Source of the DNA: a virus
Lineage: Duplodnaviria > Caudoviricetes
Virus record (IMG/VR): IMGVR_UViG_3300025053_000009
Location: 1-37,130 of that record
Strand: one strand, 5' to 3'
Length of the DNA: 37,130 nucleotides
The first letter of the stretch is position 1, and every line of letters begins with the position of its first letter. Of the stretch, positions 16,285 through 25,079 are shown in pieces. The translations under genes were made by a program, and so were the position numbers. A model generated the notes under the pieces. The model had not been told where the DNA came from. It saw nothing but the letters and a program-made list of their open reading frames with translations, and searched no databases.

Positions 16285-16605
16285 ATGAGTGAGTTGACCC
16301 GAGAGCAGGCCGGCTCGGTGCTTGACGCCTTGCATCTGGCCAAGACCGAGTTCCTTTTCCACAGCGGCTGTATCGCAACGGACAGGCCCGACCTGCCGCT
16401 GTCGCCAGAGACGAGCTGGACTGTGGACTTCTCGCGCGTGCTCGAGGTTATCGATGCCGCTGTCGCGATGTTGGGCGACGGCCCAGGCCGTACTGGTCCC
16501 GGATGTACGCGTTGTAGTAAGTGCCTGCCGAGCGAGCCAATTGCAGACCCTGCCAGATGTGAGGTGGCACCCCTGGGTAGTCGTAGCCCTGAGGGTTCCT
16601 CGTGA
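16285..16605 (+). CDS. Phage hypothetical protein (106 aa), 3' half overlaps KTSC gene
   Basis: Strong GGAGGAG SD. Confidence 0.55.
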   Translation: MSELTREQAGSVLDALHLAKTEFLFHSGCIATDRPDLPLSPETSWTVDFSRVLEVIDAAVAMLGDGPGRTGPGCTRCSKCLPSEPIADPARCEVAPLGSRSPEGSS

Positions 16606-16684
16606 ACCAGATGGTCAGCGTTTGCGTCTGCGACTCGTATGCCGCGTGGTCGATCGCGGACGAGTTGAAGTTGCGGAATTCCAT
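16448..16684 (-). CDS. KTSC domain protein
   Basis: SSAIDHAAYE...LTIWF...YDYPGVP...L..ARSAGTYYNAYIRDQY signature. GGAAAGG SD. Confidence 0.9.
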   Translation of the reverse strand: MEFRNFNSSAIDHAAYESQTQTLTIWFTRNPQGYDYPGVPPHIWQGLQLARSAGTYYNAYIRDQYGLGRRPTSRQRHR

Positions 16685-16784
16685 TTTTGGGTGGCCCTTT
16701 CCGATTGATGGTCAGTGTGAGAACTCCCATCGTACCGGACCGGGTCGACCCACCCCCTTTTAACCCACCCCTGAGGACCAAACC

Positions 16785-17036
16785 ATGTTCGATACCCCCA
16801 TGTTTGCCCGCGCCACCGTGTCGGGCACCAAGCGGTCGTCGCGCGTCGAAACGCGAGTCACCGACGAGACCAAGTTCGAGCTCGCGCGCAAATGTCACGA
16901 GCTCGGCATGACCGAGTCCCAGTTCCTGGAGCGGCTGGTCGAAGTGAGTTTGTACGGCGCAGAGCATGTGCTCAGTGTCGAGCGAGAGCGTACTGCAAGG
17001 GTGTGCGGTTTGTCGGAGCTTTTCCCGCAAAAGTAA
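16785..17036 (+). CDS. Ribbon-helix-helix-like regulator in the cII position
   Basis: VETRVTDETKFELARKCHELGMTESQFLERLV pattern. GAGGA SD. Confidence 0.7.
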   Translation: MFDTPMFARATVSGTKRSSRVETRVTDETKFELARKCHELGMTESQFLERLVEVSLYGAEHVLSVERERTARVCGLSELFPQK

Positions 17037-17067
17037 CCAGAAACGTCCGCAGCCATGCGGGCAAAAG

Positions 17068-17114
17068 AAAACCCCGCTTCAACGGTGCGCTAACACCTCG
17101 GCGGGGTTCCAAAA
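17068..17114. terminator. Intergenic stem-loop, possible terminator or RNA element
   Basis: AACCCCGC...GGTG-CGCTAA-CACC...GCGGGGTT, flanked by A-runs. Confidence 0.5.
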
Positions 17115-17173
17115 ACGAAAGTGATTATGCACCCCTTCATCCAGATGATCAAGCCCTCCCAGGAGGCTGCAGC

Positions 17174-17653
17174 ATGAGCCGCAAGACAACCAGGCGCCGC
17201 AGGACTGCGCCGACCAATCCGATTGCGCTCGCGCTGCACAAGGCCACCGGCTTCACAAGCCTCGAGCTCTCGCGCATCGAGGCGCAGCTGCGCGACCACT
17301 TCGGCGCACTGCGCAGCGGTGGCGGCACGCGCTACCACTTCGCTGGCGTTTGCACCGCCTGCGAACTCGGCCTGGCCATCGAGAGCCGCGGCATCGTGCG
17401 CGGCCTGCGTGACCAGTTCCAGGCGGCCGAGCGCCTGCTGCTCGAGCTCAAGGGTAAGGCTGAAATCGGGGGGGGGTGGATCAATCCGATCCTGACCGGA
17501 CCTCAGCTGTCACAGCTCGACGAGCTGATCGACCTGCATCTCTTCCAGCTCAAGCAGCTGTCCTACGGCGAGTACCAGGCCGCCTGGCAGCTGATGGTTG
17601 GCCGGGTGACGAGCTCGGGCGGCGATTTGATTCGTGAGGGAGTGACGGCATGA
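17174..17653 (+). CDS. Phage hypothetical protein (159 aa)
   Basis: AGGAGG SD before MSRKTT, ATGA-coupled to the replication gene. Confidence 0.75.
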   Translation: MSRKTTRRRRTAPTNPIALALHKATGFTSLELSRIEAQLRDHFGALRSGGGTRYHFAGVCTACELGLAIESRGIVRGLRDQFQAAERLLLELKGKAEIGGGWINPILTGPQLSQLDELIDLHLFQLKQLSYGEYQAAWQLMVGRVTSSGGDLIREGVTA

Positions 17654-18678
17654 GCAGCCCCCTTCTGATCAACGAGCCACCGCTGCAGGTCCTGCCGTCG
17701 CTGGCGAAGGCTATCGGCCTGCAAGAGGCCATCGTGCTGCAGCAGTTCAACTACTGGCTCGGCGCTTCGACCAATGTTCACGACGGCAGGCGCTGGATCT
17801 ACAACACCTACGAGGACTGGGTGAAGCAGTTCCCGTTTTGGTCTGCCGAGGCGATCCGCAAGATCGTCAAATCCCTGCGCGACAAGGGCGTGATCCTGAC
17901 CCGCAAGCAGTCGGAAAGCTCGTGGAACAAGACCAACTTCTACACGATCGACTACGAGCAGCTGGACCGCCTGACGGTGCCAGTTCTCCATGCGGCGGAA
18001 TTTACCGCATCGACCGGAAAATCCTCCGGATCGACCGGAGAAATTTACCGCATGGAAGCGGCGAAATCTACCGCATCGAAGCGGCGGGATTTACCGCATG
18101 TCTATACAGAGACTACACAAGAGACTACACAGGAGATTATTCCCGAAGCGCCTTCGGCACCGGCTGCGCCGGCACCTTCGGACGCTCCGGCCGTAGTCGT
18201 CTTTCCTGCTGAACCTGCTGCGGCCAAACCGGCCCGCACTCGCAAGTCCAAGAAGGCTGACACCGTCCCTGCTGACGAAACCGAGCTGCAGGCAGCCTGC
18301 CGGGCAACCTGGAGCGCCTACAGCACCGCCTACGACACCCGCTACGGCGCGCTGCCGGTGCGTAACGCCAAGGTGAACGCGGCCGTCAAAGGGATCGTCC
18401 AGCGCCTGGGCGCCGATGAGGCCCCGGCTGTCGCCGCCTTCTTCGTCGGCAACGTCAATGACGCCTTCGTGGTGCGCGCCTGCCACGACATCGGCCTGCT
18501 GCTCAAGTCTGCCGAGGGCTACCGCACCCAGTGGGCCACCGGCACGGCCGTCACCCAGACCCGGGCCCGTCAGGCCGACCAATCCGCCGCCAACTACGAC
18601 GCTGCCGCTGAGGCCCTGGCGCTTGTGCGTGCTCGCCGTGCCGACCGGGCTGCCCAGGCTCAACAGGAGGGGAGCTGA
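17650..18678 (+). CDS. Phage replication initiator (O-like)
   Basis: N-terminal LLINEPPLQVLPSLAKAIGLQEAIVLQQ...WIYNTYEDW..QFPFWS winged-helix family, with internal iterons. Confidence 0.9.
   Translation: MSSPLLINEPPLQVLPSLAKAIGLQEAIVLQQFNYWLGASTNVHDGRRWIYNTYEDWVKQFPFWSAEAIRKIVKSLRDKGVILTRKQSESSWNKTNFYTIDYEQLDRLTVPVLHAAEFTASTGKSSGSTGEIYRMEAAKSTASKRRDLPHVYTETTQETTQEIIPEAPSAPAAPAPSDAPAVVVFPAEPAAAKPARTRKSKKADTVPADETELQAACRATWSAYSTAYDTRYGALPVRNAKVNAAVKGIVQRLGADEAPAVAAFFVGNVNDAFVVRACHDIGLLLKSAEGYRTQWATGTAVTQTRARQADQSAANYDAAAEALALVRARRADRAAQAQQEGS
17992..18140 (+). repeat. Replication origin iterons
   Basis: Five copies (one degenerate) of about G(A/G)AATTTACCGCATCGA at 21-23 bp spacing, followed by an AGAGACTACACA tandem repeat. 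Confidence 0.85.
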
Positions 18679-18680
18679 CC

Positions 18681-19475
18681 ATGCTGAACGACCACGACAT
18701 CGAGTGGCTGATCGGGCAGATCATCGGCACGGCCGAGCTGCTGGGCCACGACATCAAGCCCACGGCTGCCGCCATGCTGGCCGACGACCTGAGCAGCTAT
18801 CCGCGCCAGGTGCTGGCCGCGGCACTGTCTCGCGTGCGCACCGAGCACTCTGGCCGCTTGACGCCCAAGGTCATCATCGATCGCATCGACGAGGCCATGG
18901 GCCGCCCATCGGCCAATGAGGCCTGGTCGATCGCCATCACCGCGCTGGACGAGCGCAAGACCGTCGTTTGGACCAGCGAGATGTCGCAGGCCTGGGGTGT
19001 GGCTCATCCGATTGCCCAGCAGGGCGACATCGTCGGCGCCCGTATGGCCTTCATCGGTGCCTACGAGCGCCTGGTGCGCACCGCCCGAGATGAGCGCCGC
19101 CTGCCCGAGGTGACCGTTTCGCTGGGGGCGGATGCATCCGACCGGGCGCTTGCAGTCGAGAGGGCCGTCCAGCTGGGCTACATGCCCGCCGCGGTTGCGC
19201 AGCAATACCAGCAGCACCTGCCGGCGCCCGAGGCCTTCAGTCCCGGCTTCAACCCTGTGGCCATGTTGATGGGGCGTATCGAGGTCACCAAGGATGCGCC
19301 GCCCGAGGTCAAGGCCAAGCTTCGGCAGATGCGCGACGAGATGGCTTCTTCCGGTCAGCGCCGTCAAGCCGAGCGCGCGCGCCAAGTGGCAGCCGATGCT
19401 GCTGAGTTGGCCGCCCGTAAGGCCGAGATTCAGCGCCGCGTTGACGGTTACATCAACTCGCAGGGGGTAGCTTGA
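18681..19475 (+). CDS. Replication accessory protein (P-like position)
   Basis: Immediately follows the initiator. GRPSANEAW...IVGARMAFIGAYERLV motif. Confidence 0.75.
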   Translation: MLNDHDIEWLIGQIIGTAELLGHDIKPTAAAMLADDLSSYPRQVLAAALSRVRTEHSGRLTPKVIIDRIDEAMGRPSANEAWSIAITALDERKTVVWTSEMSQAWGVAHPIAQQGDIVGARMAFIGAYERLVRTARDERRLPEVTVSLGADASDRALAVERAVQLGYMPAAVAQQYQQHLPAPEAFSPGFNPVAMLMGRIEVTKDAPPEVKAKLRQMRDEMASSGQRRQAERARQVAADAAELAARKAEIQRRVDGYINSQGVA

Positions 19476-19726
19476 AATGGACCGAGACCATGGAGCGCAT
19501 CGCAGCGCACTACACAGCCATGGCCATGCAGCCGGGCTGCTGGCAGTACGCCCAGGCCCGAGTGGCCGAGCTCGAGCAGGAGCGGGGCGGCCACTGGCTG
19601 GGCCTGCGGGCCGAGGTGGGGCGGCGGATCAAAGCGGCGGGCTTCCGGCCGGCAGCCAGCGACCTGGCGCCATTCGAGCGCGCGGCCGAGCCATTGCCGC
19701 AACGACGGCGCATGCATGGGGGATGA
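19472..19726 (+). CDS. Phage hypothetical protein (84 aa)
   Basis: TTG start overlaps the upstream stop (alternative ATG at 19490). Confidence 0.55.
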   Translation: MKWTETMERIAAHYTAMAMQPGCWQYAQARVAELEQERGGHWLGLRAEVGRRIKAAGFRPAASDLAPFERAAEPLPQRRRMHGG

Positions 19727-19730
19727 CGAC

Positions 19731-20156
19731 ATGAACATCATCATGGGCATCGACCCGGGCGCCAATACAGGCATCGCCATCTACCAGGCCGGTAAGCTGG
19801 CCGAGCTGCAGACCGTTGAGCCGCACCAGCTGGTCGAGGTGATCGAGACGGTTATGCCCGGTCGCGTCGTCTTCGAGGACAGCCGCCTGATCAGCCCGAC
19901 CTGGAAGCGCGGCGTCAGCAATGCGGCCCAGCTCAAGATTGCCAGGGATGTCGGCCAGATTGACGCCTGGTGCCGCCTCATCGTCGCGACCTGCGCGCGC
20001 CTGGGTATCCCCGCCCACGGCATCAGTCCAAAGCACAAGGGTGCCAAGCTCGACGCCCGACAGTTTACGGCGCTGACGGGATGGGCTGGCCGCAGCAACG
20101 AACACTCGCGTGATGCCGCATGCGTGGCCTGGCAGTTTAGGGGTGCCCGTGCCTGA
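19731..20156 (+). CDS. RuvC-like Holliday junction resolvase
   Basis: IMGIDPG..TGIA, VVFED and EHSRDAA RNase H-fold catalytic pattern. Confidence 0.8.
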   Translation: MNIIMGIDPGANTGIAIYQAGKLAELQTVEPHQLVEVIETVMPGRVVFEDSRLISPTWKRGVSNAAQLKIARDVGQIDAWCRLIVATCARLGIPAHGISPKHKGAKLDARQFTALTGWAGRSNEHSRDAACVAWQFRGARA

Positions 20157-20562
20157 GTCGCTGACCATCGAGCTTTTCAATCGCCAGCAGGCATGGGTTG
20201 CCATCAAGGCGCAGCTGTTCCCATTCCTGGCGACTGTGCTGCAGTCGGGCGGTCGCTGGGTGCTGACCGTCAGCCGGCGCAAGCGCACCAAGGCGCAGAA
20301 CCGCCGCTACTGGGGCAATGGCGTGCTCAAGCAGATTGCCGAGCAGGCCATCGTGGGCGGAAAGCTCTACGGCGCCGAGGTCTGGCATGAGCAGATGAAA
20401 CGCATGTTCATCGGCGTCGAGGAGCTTCCTTGCGGCCAGGTTGTCGGCATGAGCTCAACCAAGCTGACGACCGCCGAGTTCTGCAGCTTCTGCGATCAGG
20501 TCGAGGCATACGCCGCGACCGAGCTCGGTGTCACCTTCTATGACCTGCAGGAGCACGCATGA
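20149..20562 (+). CDS. ninB: NinB-family recombination protein
   Basis: KRTKAQNRRYW, EVWHEQMK, SSTKLT..EF and AYAATELGVTF motifs. Confidence 0.85.
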   Translation: MPESLTIELFNRQQAWVAIKAQLFPFLATVLQSGGRWVLTVSRRKRTKAQNRRYWGNGVLKQIAEQAIVGGKLYGAEVWHEQMKRMFIGVEELPCGQVVGMSSTKLTTAEFCSFCDQVEAYAATELGVTFYDLQEHA

Positions 20563-21107
20563 AAAGCAGAAGCGAGATTGAAGTAAGCGAAGTCTGGAAG
20601 CCAGTTGTCGACTACGAAGGGCTCTACGAGGTCAGCAACCTTGGCAGGGTCAGGTCGTTGTCAAGAGCATGGAAGTCACGATATGCCGTGAACACATTTC
20701 CGGGTCGTGTTCTTGCGCAGGCAGTCAAGAGAAATGGCTATCGGGTAGTAAGTCTTTCCAGCCAAAACAAGCAAAAGCAGTTTTTGGTCCATCGAATAGT
20801 TCTTGAGGCTTTCGTCTTCATCCAGCCGGATGGCATGGAGGCGTGCCATGCCAATGGCGACAGGGGCGACAACAGAGCATCGAACCTGAGATGGGATACC
20901 CGCAGCGGAAACCACCAAGACAAGCATCTTCATGGAACTGCTCAGGTTGGAGAAAAAGCCAACAACGTCAAGCTGACCGACCGGATTGTTGCCGAGATAC
21001 GCCGAAGGAAGCTGACGCCATCGCAGGCCATGCGGGAGTTCGGACTGAGCAAGACAAACGCAGCGCGAATCGTCAATGGAGTTACCTGGAGGCACATCAG
21101 TGCGTAG
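20559..21107 (+). CDS. NUMOD4-HNH homing endonuclease
   Basis: WKPVVDYEGLYEVSNLGRVRS (NUMOD4) and VHRIVLEAF...CHANGDRGDNRASNLRW (HNH). Confidence 0.93.
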   Translation: MKSRSEIEVSEVWKPVVDYEGLYEVSNLGRVRSLSRAWKSRYAVNTFPGRVLAQAVKRNGYRVVSLSSQNKQKQFLVHRIVLEAFVFIQPDGMEACHANGDRGDNRASNLRWDTRSGNHQDKHLHGTAQVGEKANNVKLTDRIVAEIRRRKLTPSQAMREFGLSKTNAARIVNGVTWRHISA

Positions 21108-21369
21108 CAAAAACAAAAGCCCAATGACGAAGGCGGAGCGCGAGTGGGTGCAGCGCGTGGCTCAGCTTCCGTGTGTTGTCTGTGGCTCCGAGGGCGGGTC
21201 TGAGGTCCACGAGCCCGAGCAGGGGCTCTGGTTCGCATCCATTCCGCTGTGCCCGGACTGTCATCGAGGGCCGCAAGGCTGGCATGGCACCCGGCTGCGC
21301 TGGACTCTGCGCCGCATTAGCGAGCTGCAGGCCATCAACAAGACCATCCAGCAGCTCAACGCCGCCTGA
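21100..21369 (+). CDS. Ref/DUF968-like zinc HNH-type nuclease
   Basis: LPCVVC...EVHE...IPLCPDCHRG..GWHG. GTG start with a GGAGG SD. Confidence 0.75.
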   Translation: MRSKNKSPMTKAEREWVQRVAQLPCVVCGSEGGSEVHEPEQGLWFASIPLCPDCHRGPQGWHGTRLRWTLRRISELQAINKTIQQLNAA

Positions 21370-21376
21370 GTAGCTC

Positions 21377-21754
21377 ATGCATCAGCTCGCCCTCGACCTA
21401 TTCCCCGCCGCCCTGACAGCGATCAGGCGGTACACCGACGATGAGGATCGGGTGCTCACGGTCAAGGTGCAGGCGGGCAACGAAAAGCTGGCCAAGCCAG
21501 GCCCTGCCAGCGTGTTTGATCTCGCGGTGATGCAAGTGCGGTCCGTGAGGCTGGCGAGCGAGCAGCGCAGGCGCCACAGTCGCGTGATCGAGAAAGAGGG
21601 CGGGCGGCGCGTCCGCATCATGGTGGACGAGCGCGAGACGCCGGAGTGGCAGGAGCGCGAGTTCCAGAGGCGGGCGCGCCAGGTGGTGCCAAGGCCGCCG
21701 AAGGCAGTAGAGACGAAGGGCGAGAAATTGAAGCAGATGATCGGAGGGAAGTGA
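21377..21754 (+). CDS. Basic hypothetical protein in the Q position
   Basis: Last ORF before terminase, coupled to terS. No recognisable Q motif. Confidence 0.7.
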   Translation: MHQLALDLFPAALTAIRRYTDDEDRVLTVKVQAGNEKLAKPGPASVFDLAVMQVRSVRLASEQRRRHSRVIEKEGGRRVRIMVDERETPEWQEREFQRRARQVVPRPPKAVETKGEKLKQMIGGK

Positions 21755-22320
21755 TGGCTAGACCGTCGAAGTTGAGCCCGGAGCAGTGGCTGGAAGTCGA
21801 GCGGCGGGTGATCGATGGCGAGTCCATTCGATCGCTTGCCAGGGAGTTCTGCGTCAGCGAGGGGGCAATCAGGCAGCGCGTATCTACGCAAACTACGCGC
21901 GTCAAAAACGTGGCGCAAAAACTCGCCGAGGCCCAGACCGCGCTGGCCGAGCTGCCCATCCGCCAGCAGTACACCGCCATTTCCCTGGCCGACAAGCTGC
22001 GCAACATCTCCGACAACCTGGCTGCAGCCGCCCAGTACGGCGCCCAGACAGCGCACCGCCTGAGCGCGCTGGCCAACTCCGAGGTGGCCAAGGTCGACGA
22101 CGCCGACCCACTGAAGTCGGTCGATAGCCTGAAGGGCGTCGCCGCGCTGACGAAGCTGGCGAACGACTCGGCCGGGATCGCGCTGAATCTGATGGCCGCG
22201 AACAAGGAGCAGATCAAGGCGATCAACGACGAGCCGCCGCGCCGCCGCCTCATCGACCCGAGCAAGCTGTCCGATCAGGCACTCGAGGAGTTGCTGGGGG
22301 CTCGAGAGATCGATGCTTGA
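21754..22320 (+). CDS. Terminase small subunit
   Basis: MARPSKLS N-terminus with HTH (ESIRSLAREFCVSEGAIRQR), directly upstream of terL. Confidence 0.8.
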   Translation: MARPSKLSPEQWLEVERRVIDGESIRSLAREFCVSEGAIRQRVSTQTTRVKNVAQKLAEAQTALAELPIRQQYTAISLADKLRNISDNLAAAAQYGAQTAHRLSALANSEVAKVDDADPLKSVDSLKGVAALTKLANDSAGIALNLMAANKEQIKAINDEPPRRRLIDPSKLSDQALEELLGAREIDA

Positions 22321-23731
22321 CTTGCTTGCGGATGAGGATCTGCTCGAGGCCGAGCGTGAGCTGTGCCGCCGCGGCCTGTCGCGGTTCATCCGTCGCGCCT
22401 GGAGTGTGCTGGAGCCCGGGCAGCGTTACACCCACGGCTGGCACATGGACGCCATTGCTGATCACCTGGAGGCCGTGACGCGCGGTGAGATCACGCGGCT
22501 GCTGATCAACATCCCGCCCGGCACCATGAAATCCATGAGCGTGTCGGTGTTCTGGCCGGCATGGGAGTGGGGGCCAAAGGGCAAGCCCAGCGTTCGCTTC
22601 ATCGGAGCCAGTCACGAGGAGGGTCTGGCCACGCGCGACAACATGAAGGCGCGCCGCCTGATCACTTCCGAGTGGTACCAGCGCCTGTGGCCCACGCCGC
22701 TGACGGGTGACCAGAACCAGAAAACCTACTTCGAGAACACCAGCACCGGCTGGCGTCAGTCCTGCCCGGTGGGCTCGATGACCGGCCGACGTGGCGACCG
22801 TGTGGTCTGGGACGACCCGCACAGCGTCGAGGATGCCCACTCGCCAAAAAACCTCGAGTCGGCCAACCGGGTGTTTCGCGAGACGCTGCCAACCCGCCTG
22901 AACAACCCCGACAGCAGCGCCATCATCATCGTGATGCAGCGCCTGCACGAGCGCGACGTGTCCGGGCAGATCGTGGCCGGCGACCTGGGGTATGAACACC
23001 TGTGCCTGCCCATGGAGTACGAGGGGCCGCGCAAGGCCACCAGCATCGGCTTCACCGACCCGCGCACCACGCCGGGCGAGCTGCTGTTCCCGGCGAGGTT
23101 CCCGCGAGAGGTGGTCGAGCGCGACAAGAAGATCATGGGCGACTACGCCGTCGCCGGCCAGCTCCAGCAGCGGCCCGCGCCGGCCAAGGGCGGCGTCATC
23201 AAGACCGATCAGTTCAAGGTCGTGGATGCCATCCCGGCCGGAGTCGAGAATTGGCGACGTGGCTGGGACCTGGGGGCAACGCTCGGCGGCGACTACACGG
23301 CAGGCGCCAAGATTGGTGCACTGGCCGATGGCCGCTACATCATCGCTGACGTCGCCCGGGATCAGCTCGAGACCCACGACCGCGACCAACTCATCAAGAA
23401 TGCTGCTGACCGTGATGGCCGAGGCGCCGTGACTCAGGACATCCCGCAAGACCCCGGCCAGGCCGGCAAAGGCCAGGTATCCTCCTTCGCGAAGCTGTTG
23501 GCCGGGCATGCGCTGCATTTCAGCCCGGAGACGGGCGACAAGGTGACGCGCGCGACTCCATTTGCATCCCAGGTCAACGCCGGCAACGTGCTGCTGCTGC
23601 GCGGTGCTTGGAACCAGGCATTCATCGACGAGTGCAAGACTTTCCCGGGCGGCGCCTATGACGACCAGGTCGACGCGGCAGGCCGGGCCTTCAACGGGCT
23701 GCTGAGTCCGTCTGTCGGCATCTTCACATGA
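22313..23731 (+). CDS. terL: Terminase large subunit
   Basis: LLINIPPGTMKS (Walker A), TGRRGDRVVWDDP (Walker B), MQRLHERD, RGWDLG and DDQVDA nuclease motifs. Confidence 0.96.
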   Translation: MLDLLADEDLLEAERELCRRGLSRFIRRAWSVLEPGQRYTHGWHMDAIADHLEAVTRGEITRLLINIPPGTMKSMSVSVFWPAWEWGPKGKPSVRFIGASHEEGLATRDNMKARRLITSEWYQRLWPTPLTGDQNQKTYFENTSTGWRQSCPVGSMTGRRGDRVVWDDPHSVEDAHSPKNLESANRVFRETLPTRLNNPDSSAIIIVMQRLHERDVSGQIVAGDLGYEHLCLPMEYEGPRKATSIGFTDPRTTPGELLFPARFPREVVERDKKIMGDYAVAGQLQQRPAPAKGGVIKTDQFKVVDAIPAGVENWRRGWDLGATLGGDYTAGAKIGALADGRYIIADVARDQLETHDRDQLIKNAADRDGRGAVTQDIPQDPGQAGKGQVSSFAKLLAGHALHFSPETGDKVTRATPFASQVNAGNVLLLRGAWNQAFIDECKTFPGGAYDDQVDAAGRAFNGLLSPSVGIFT

Positions 23732-23738
23732 TGACCGC

Positions 23739-23749
23739 CTCCCTAGCAT
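23739..23749 (+). promoter_or_regulatory. Late motif copy 1 (CTCCCTAGCAT)
   Basis: 7 nt before ATG 23757 of the portal gene. Confidence 0.7.
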
Positions 23750-23756
23750 GGGGCGC

Positions 23757-25079
23757 ATGGAATTCGTCACCAACACCTACGAAATAGCCCGCGCCCGTGA
23801 GGCTATGGTCGCCGGGCTCGGATCGCTCGATGTCAAGCGGCCGACGGCCTGGGCCCAGTACGGCTACCCCACCAACGTCACGTTTGCCGACATGCTGCAG
23901 GCCTACGAGCGCGGCGGCCCAGCTCAGGGCGCGGTGCACCGGCTGCTCGACAAGTGCTGGCAAGAGCTCCCGCGCATCAAGTGCCCGGACAGCGACGAGG
24001 AGACGCCATGGGAGAAGAAGGTCGCCGCCGTCCTGCGCAGCGTCAACGCCTGGGCCAAGCTGCGTGACCTTGACCGCAGGAATATGGTTGGGCGCTACGC
24101 TGCGTTGATCTACCGGGTGGCCGATGACAAGGCCCTGCGCGAGCCGCTGGATCGGGCCTCCCGCCTGGTCGACCTGGTTCCGGTCTACGAGGACCAGATC
24201 AAGGTCACGCAGTGGGAGAGCGACGCGAACAGCCAGCTCTACGGTCAGCCGCTGATATTCCAGTTCCAGTCGCGCCGGATGGCGCTTGGAGACGACCAGG
24301 GCCAGCCTATCGAGTGGGCCGACGTGCACCACAGTCGGGTGCAGATCCTGGCCGAGGGCAGCGTGGGTCATATGTTCGACGGCGTGCCGCTGTTGAAGGC
24401 GGGCTACAACAGCCTAGTTGACCTCGAGAAGATCAGCGGCGGCTCTGGCGAGTCCTTCTTGAAGAACAGCGCCCGCACGCTGGTGTTCCAGTACGACAAG
24501 AACGCCGCGGTGCAGGCCATTGGCACCAACGACGAGACGGTGAGTGTCAGGGCGGCCCACGAGGAGCAGGCGAGGGCGCTCAACCGCAACCAGGATGCCA
24601 GCATCGTGATGCAGGGCGGCACGGCCAGCACGCTGCAGACGACCACGCATGACCCAAAGCCATCGTTCGAGGTGGCGGCGAACCTGTTCAGCGCATCGGT
24701 GCGCATCCCCTATACCGTGCTGTTCGGCCAGCAGACGGGCAGGCTGGCCAGCGACGAGGACAAGGCCGACTTCGCCGCGCGCGCCAAGGCACGGCAGGCC
24801 AACGAGCTGACGCCCATGCTGGAGCAGTTCGTCAAGCGCATGCAGGCCGCAGGCGTGATCGAGGCGGGCGAGTTCGAGGTGGAATGGCCAGATGTTGCGG
24901 CACCGTCAGAGCGCGAAAAGGTCGAGCTACTCAAGGCCTACACGGCAGCCATGCGCGAGGCTTTCGGGGCTGGCATCCAAGGGCTGTTCGAGCCTGATGA
25001 GCTGCGGCGCGTCGTGGGGTTTGAGCCGCTGCAGGATGTGGGCATGCCGACCGAAGGCGGTGATCCGACCGTAGCCTGA
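23757..25079 (+). CDS. Portal protein (DUF1073-like)
   Basis: Follows terL and is about 440 aa. GYNSLVDLEKISGGSGESFLKN and IPYTVLFGQQTGRLASDED motifs. Confidence 0.9.
   Translation: MEFVTNTYEIARAREAMVAGLGSLDVKRPTAWAQYGYPTNVTFADMLQAYERGGPAQGAVHRLLDKCWQELPRIKCPDSDEETPWEKKVAAVLRSVNAWAKLRDLDRRNMVGRYAALIYRVADDKALREPLDRASRLVDLVPVYEDQIKVTQWESDANSQLYGQPLIFQFQSRRMALGDDQGQPIEWADVHHSRVQILAEGSVGHMFDGVPLLKAGYNSLVDLEKISGGSGESFLKNSARTLVFQYDKNAAVQAIGTNDETVSVRAAHEEQARALNRNQDASIVMQGGTASTLQTTTHDPKPSFEVAANLFSASVRIPYTVLFGQQTGRLASDEDKADFAARAKARQANELTPMLEQFVKRMQAAGVIEAGEFEVEWPDVAAPSEREKVELLKAYTAAMREAFGAGIQGLFEPDELRRVVGFEPLQDVGMPTEGGDPTVA

Noticed and set aside
15552-17030. 492-aa minus-strand ORF across the cro-cII region
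   Set aside because: It overlaps several well-supported genes, has no recognisable domain and has low-complexity composition.
22250-23776. 508-aa antisense ORF over terL
   Set aside because: Shadow ORF of a conserved gene.
23757-25079. Anti-CBASS Acb1 label that DUF1073-like proteins sometimes receive
   Set aside because: Position, size and motifs indicate a portal protein. I saw no paired HxT phosphoesterase motifs.
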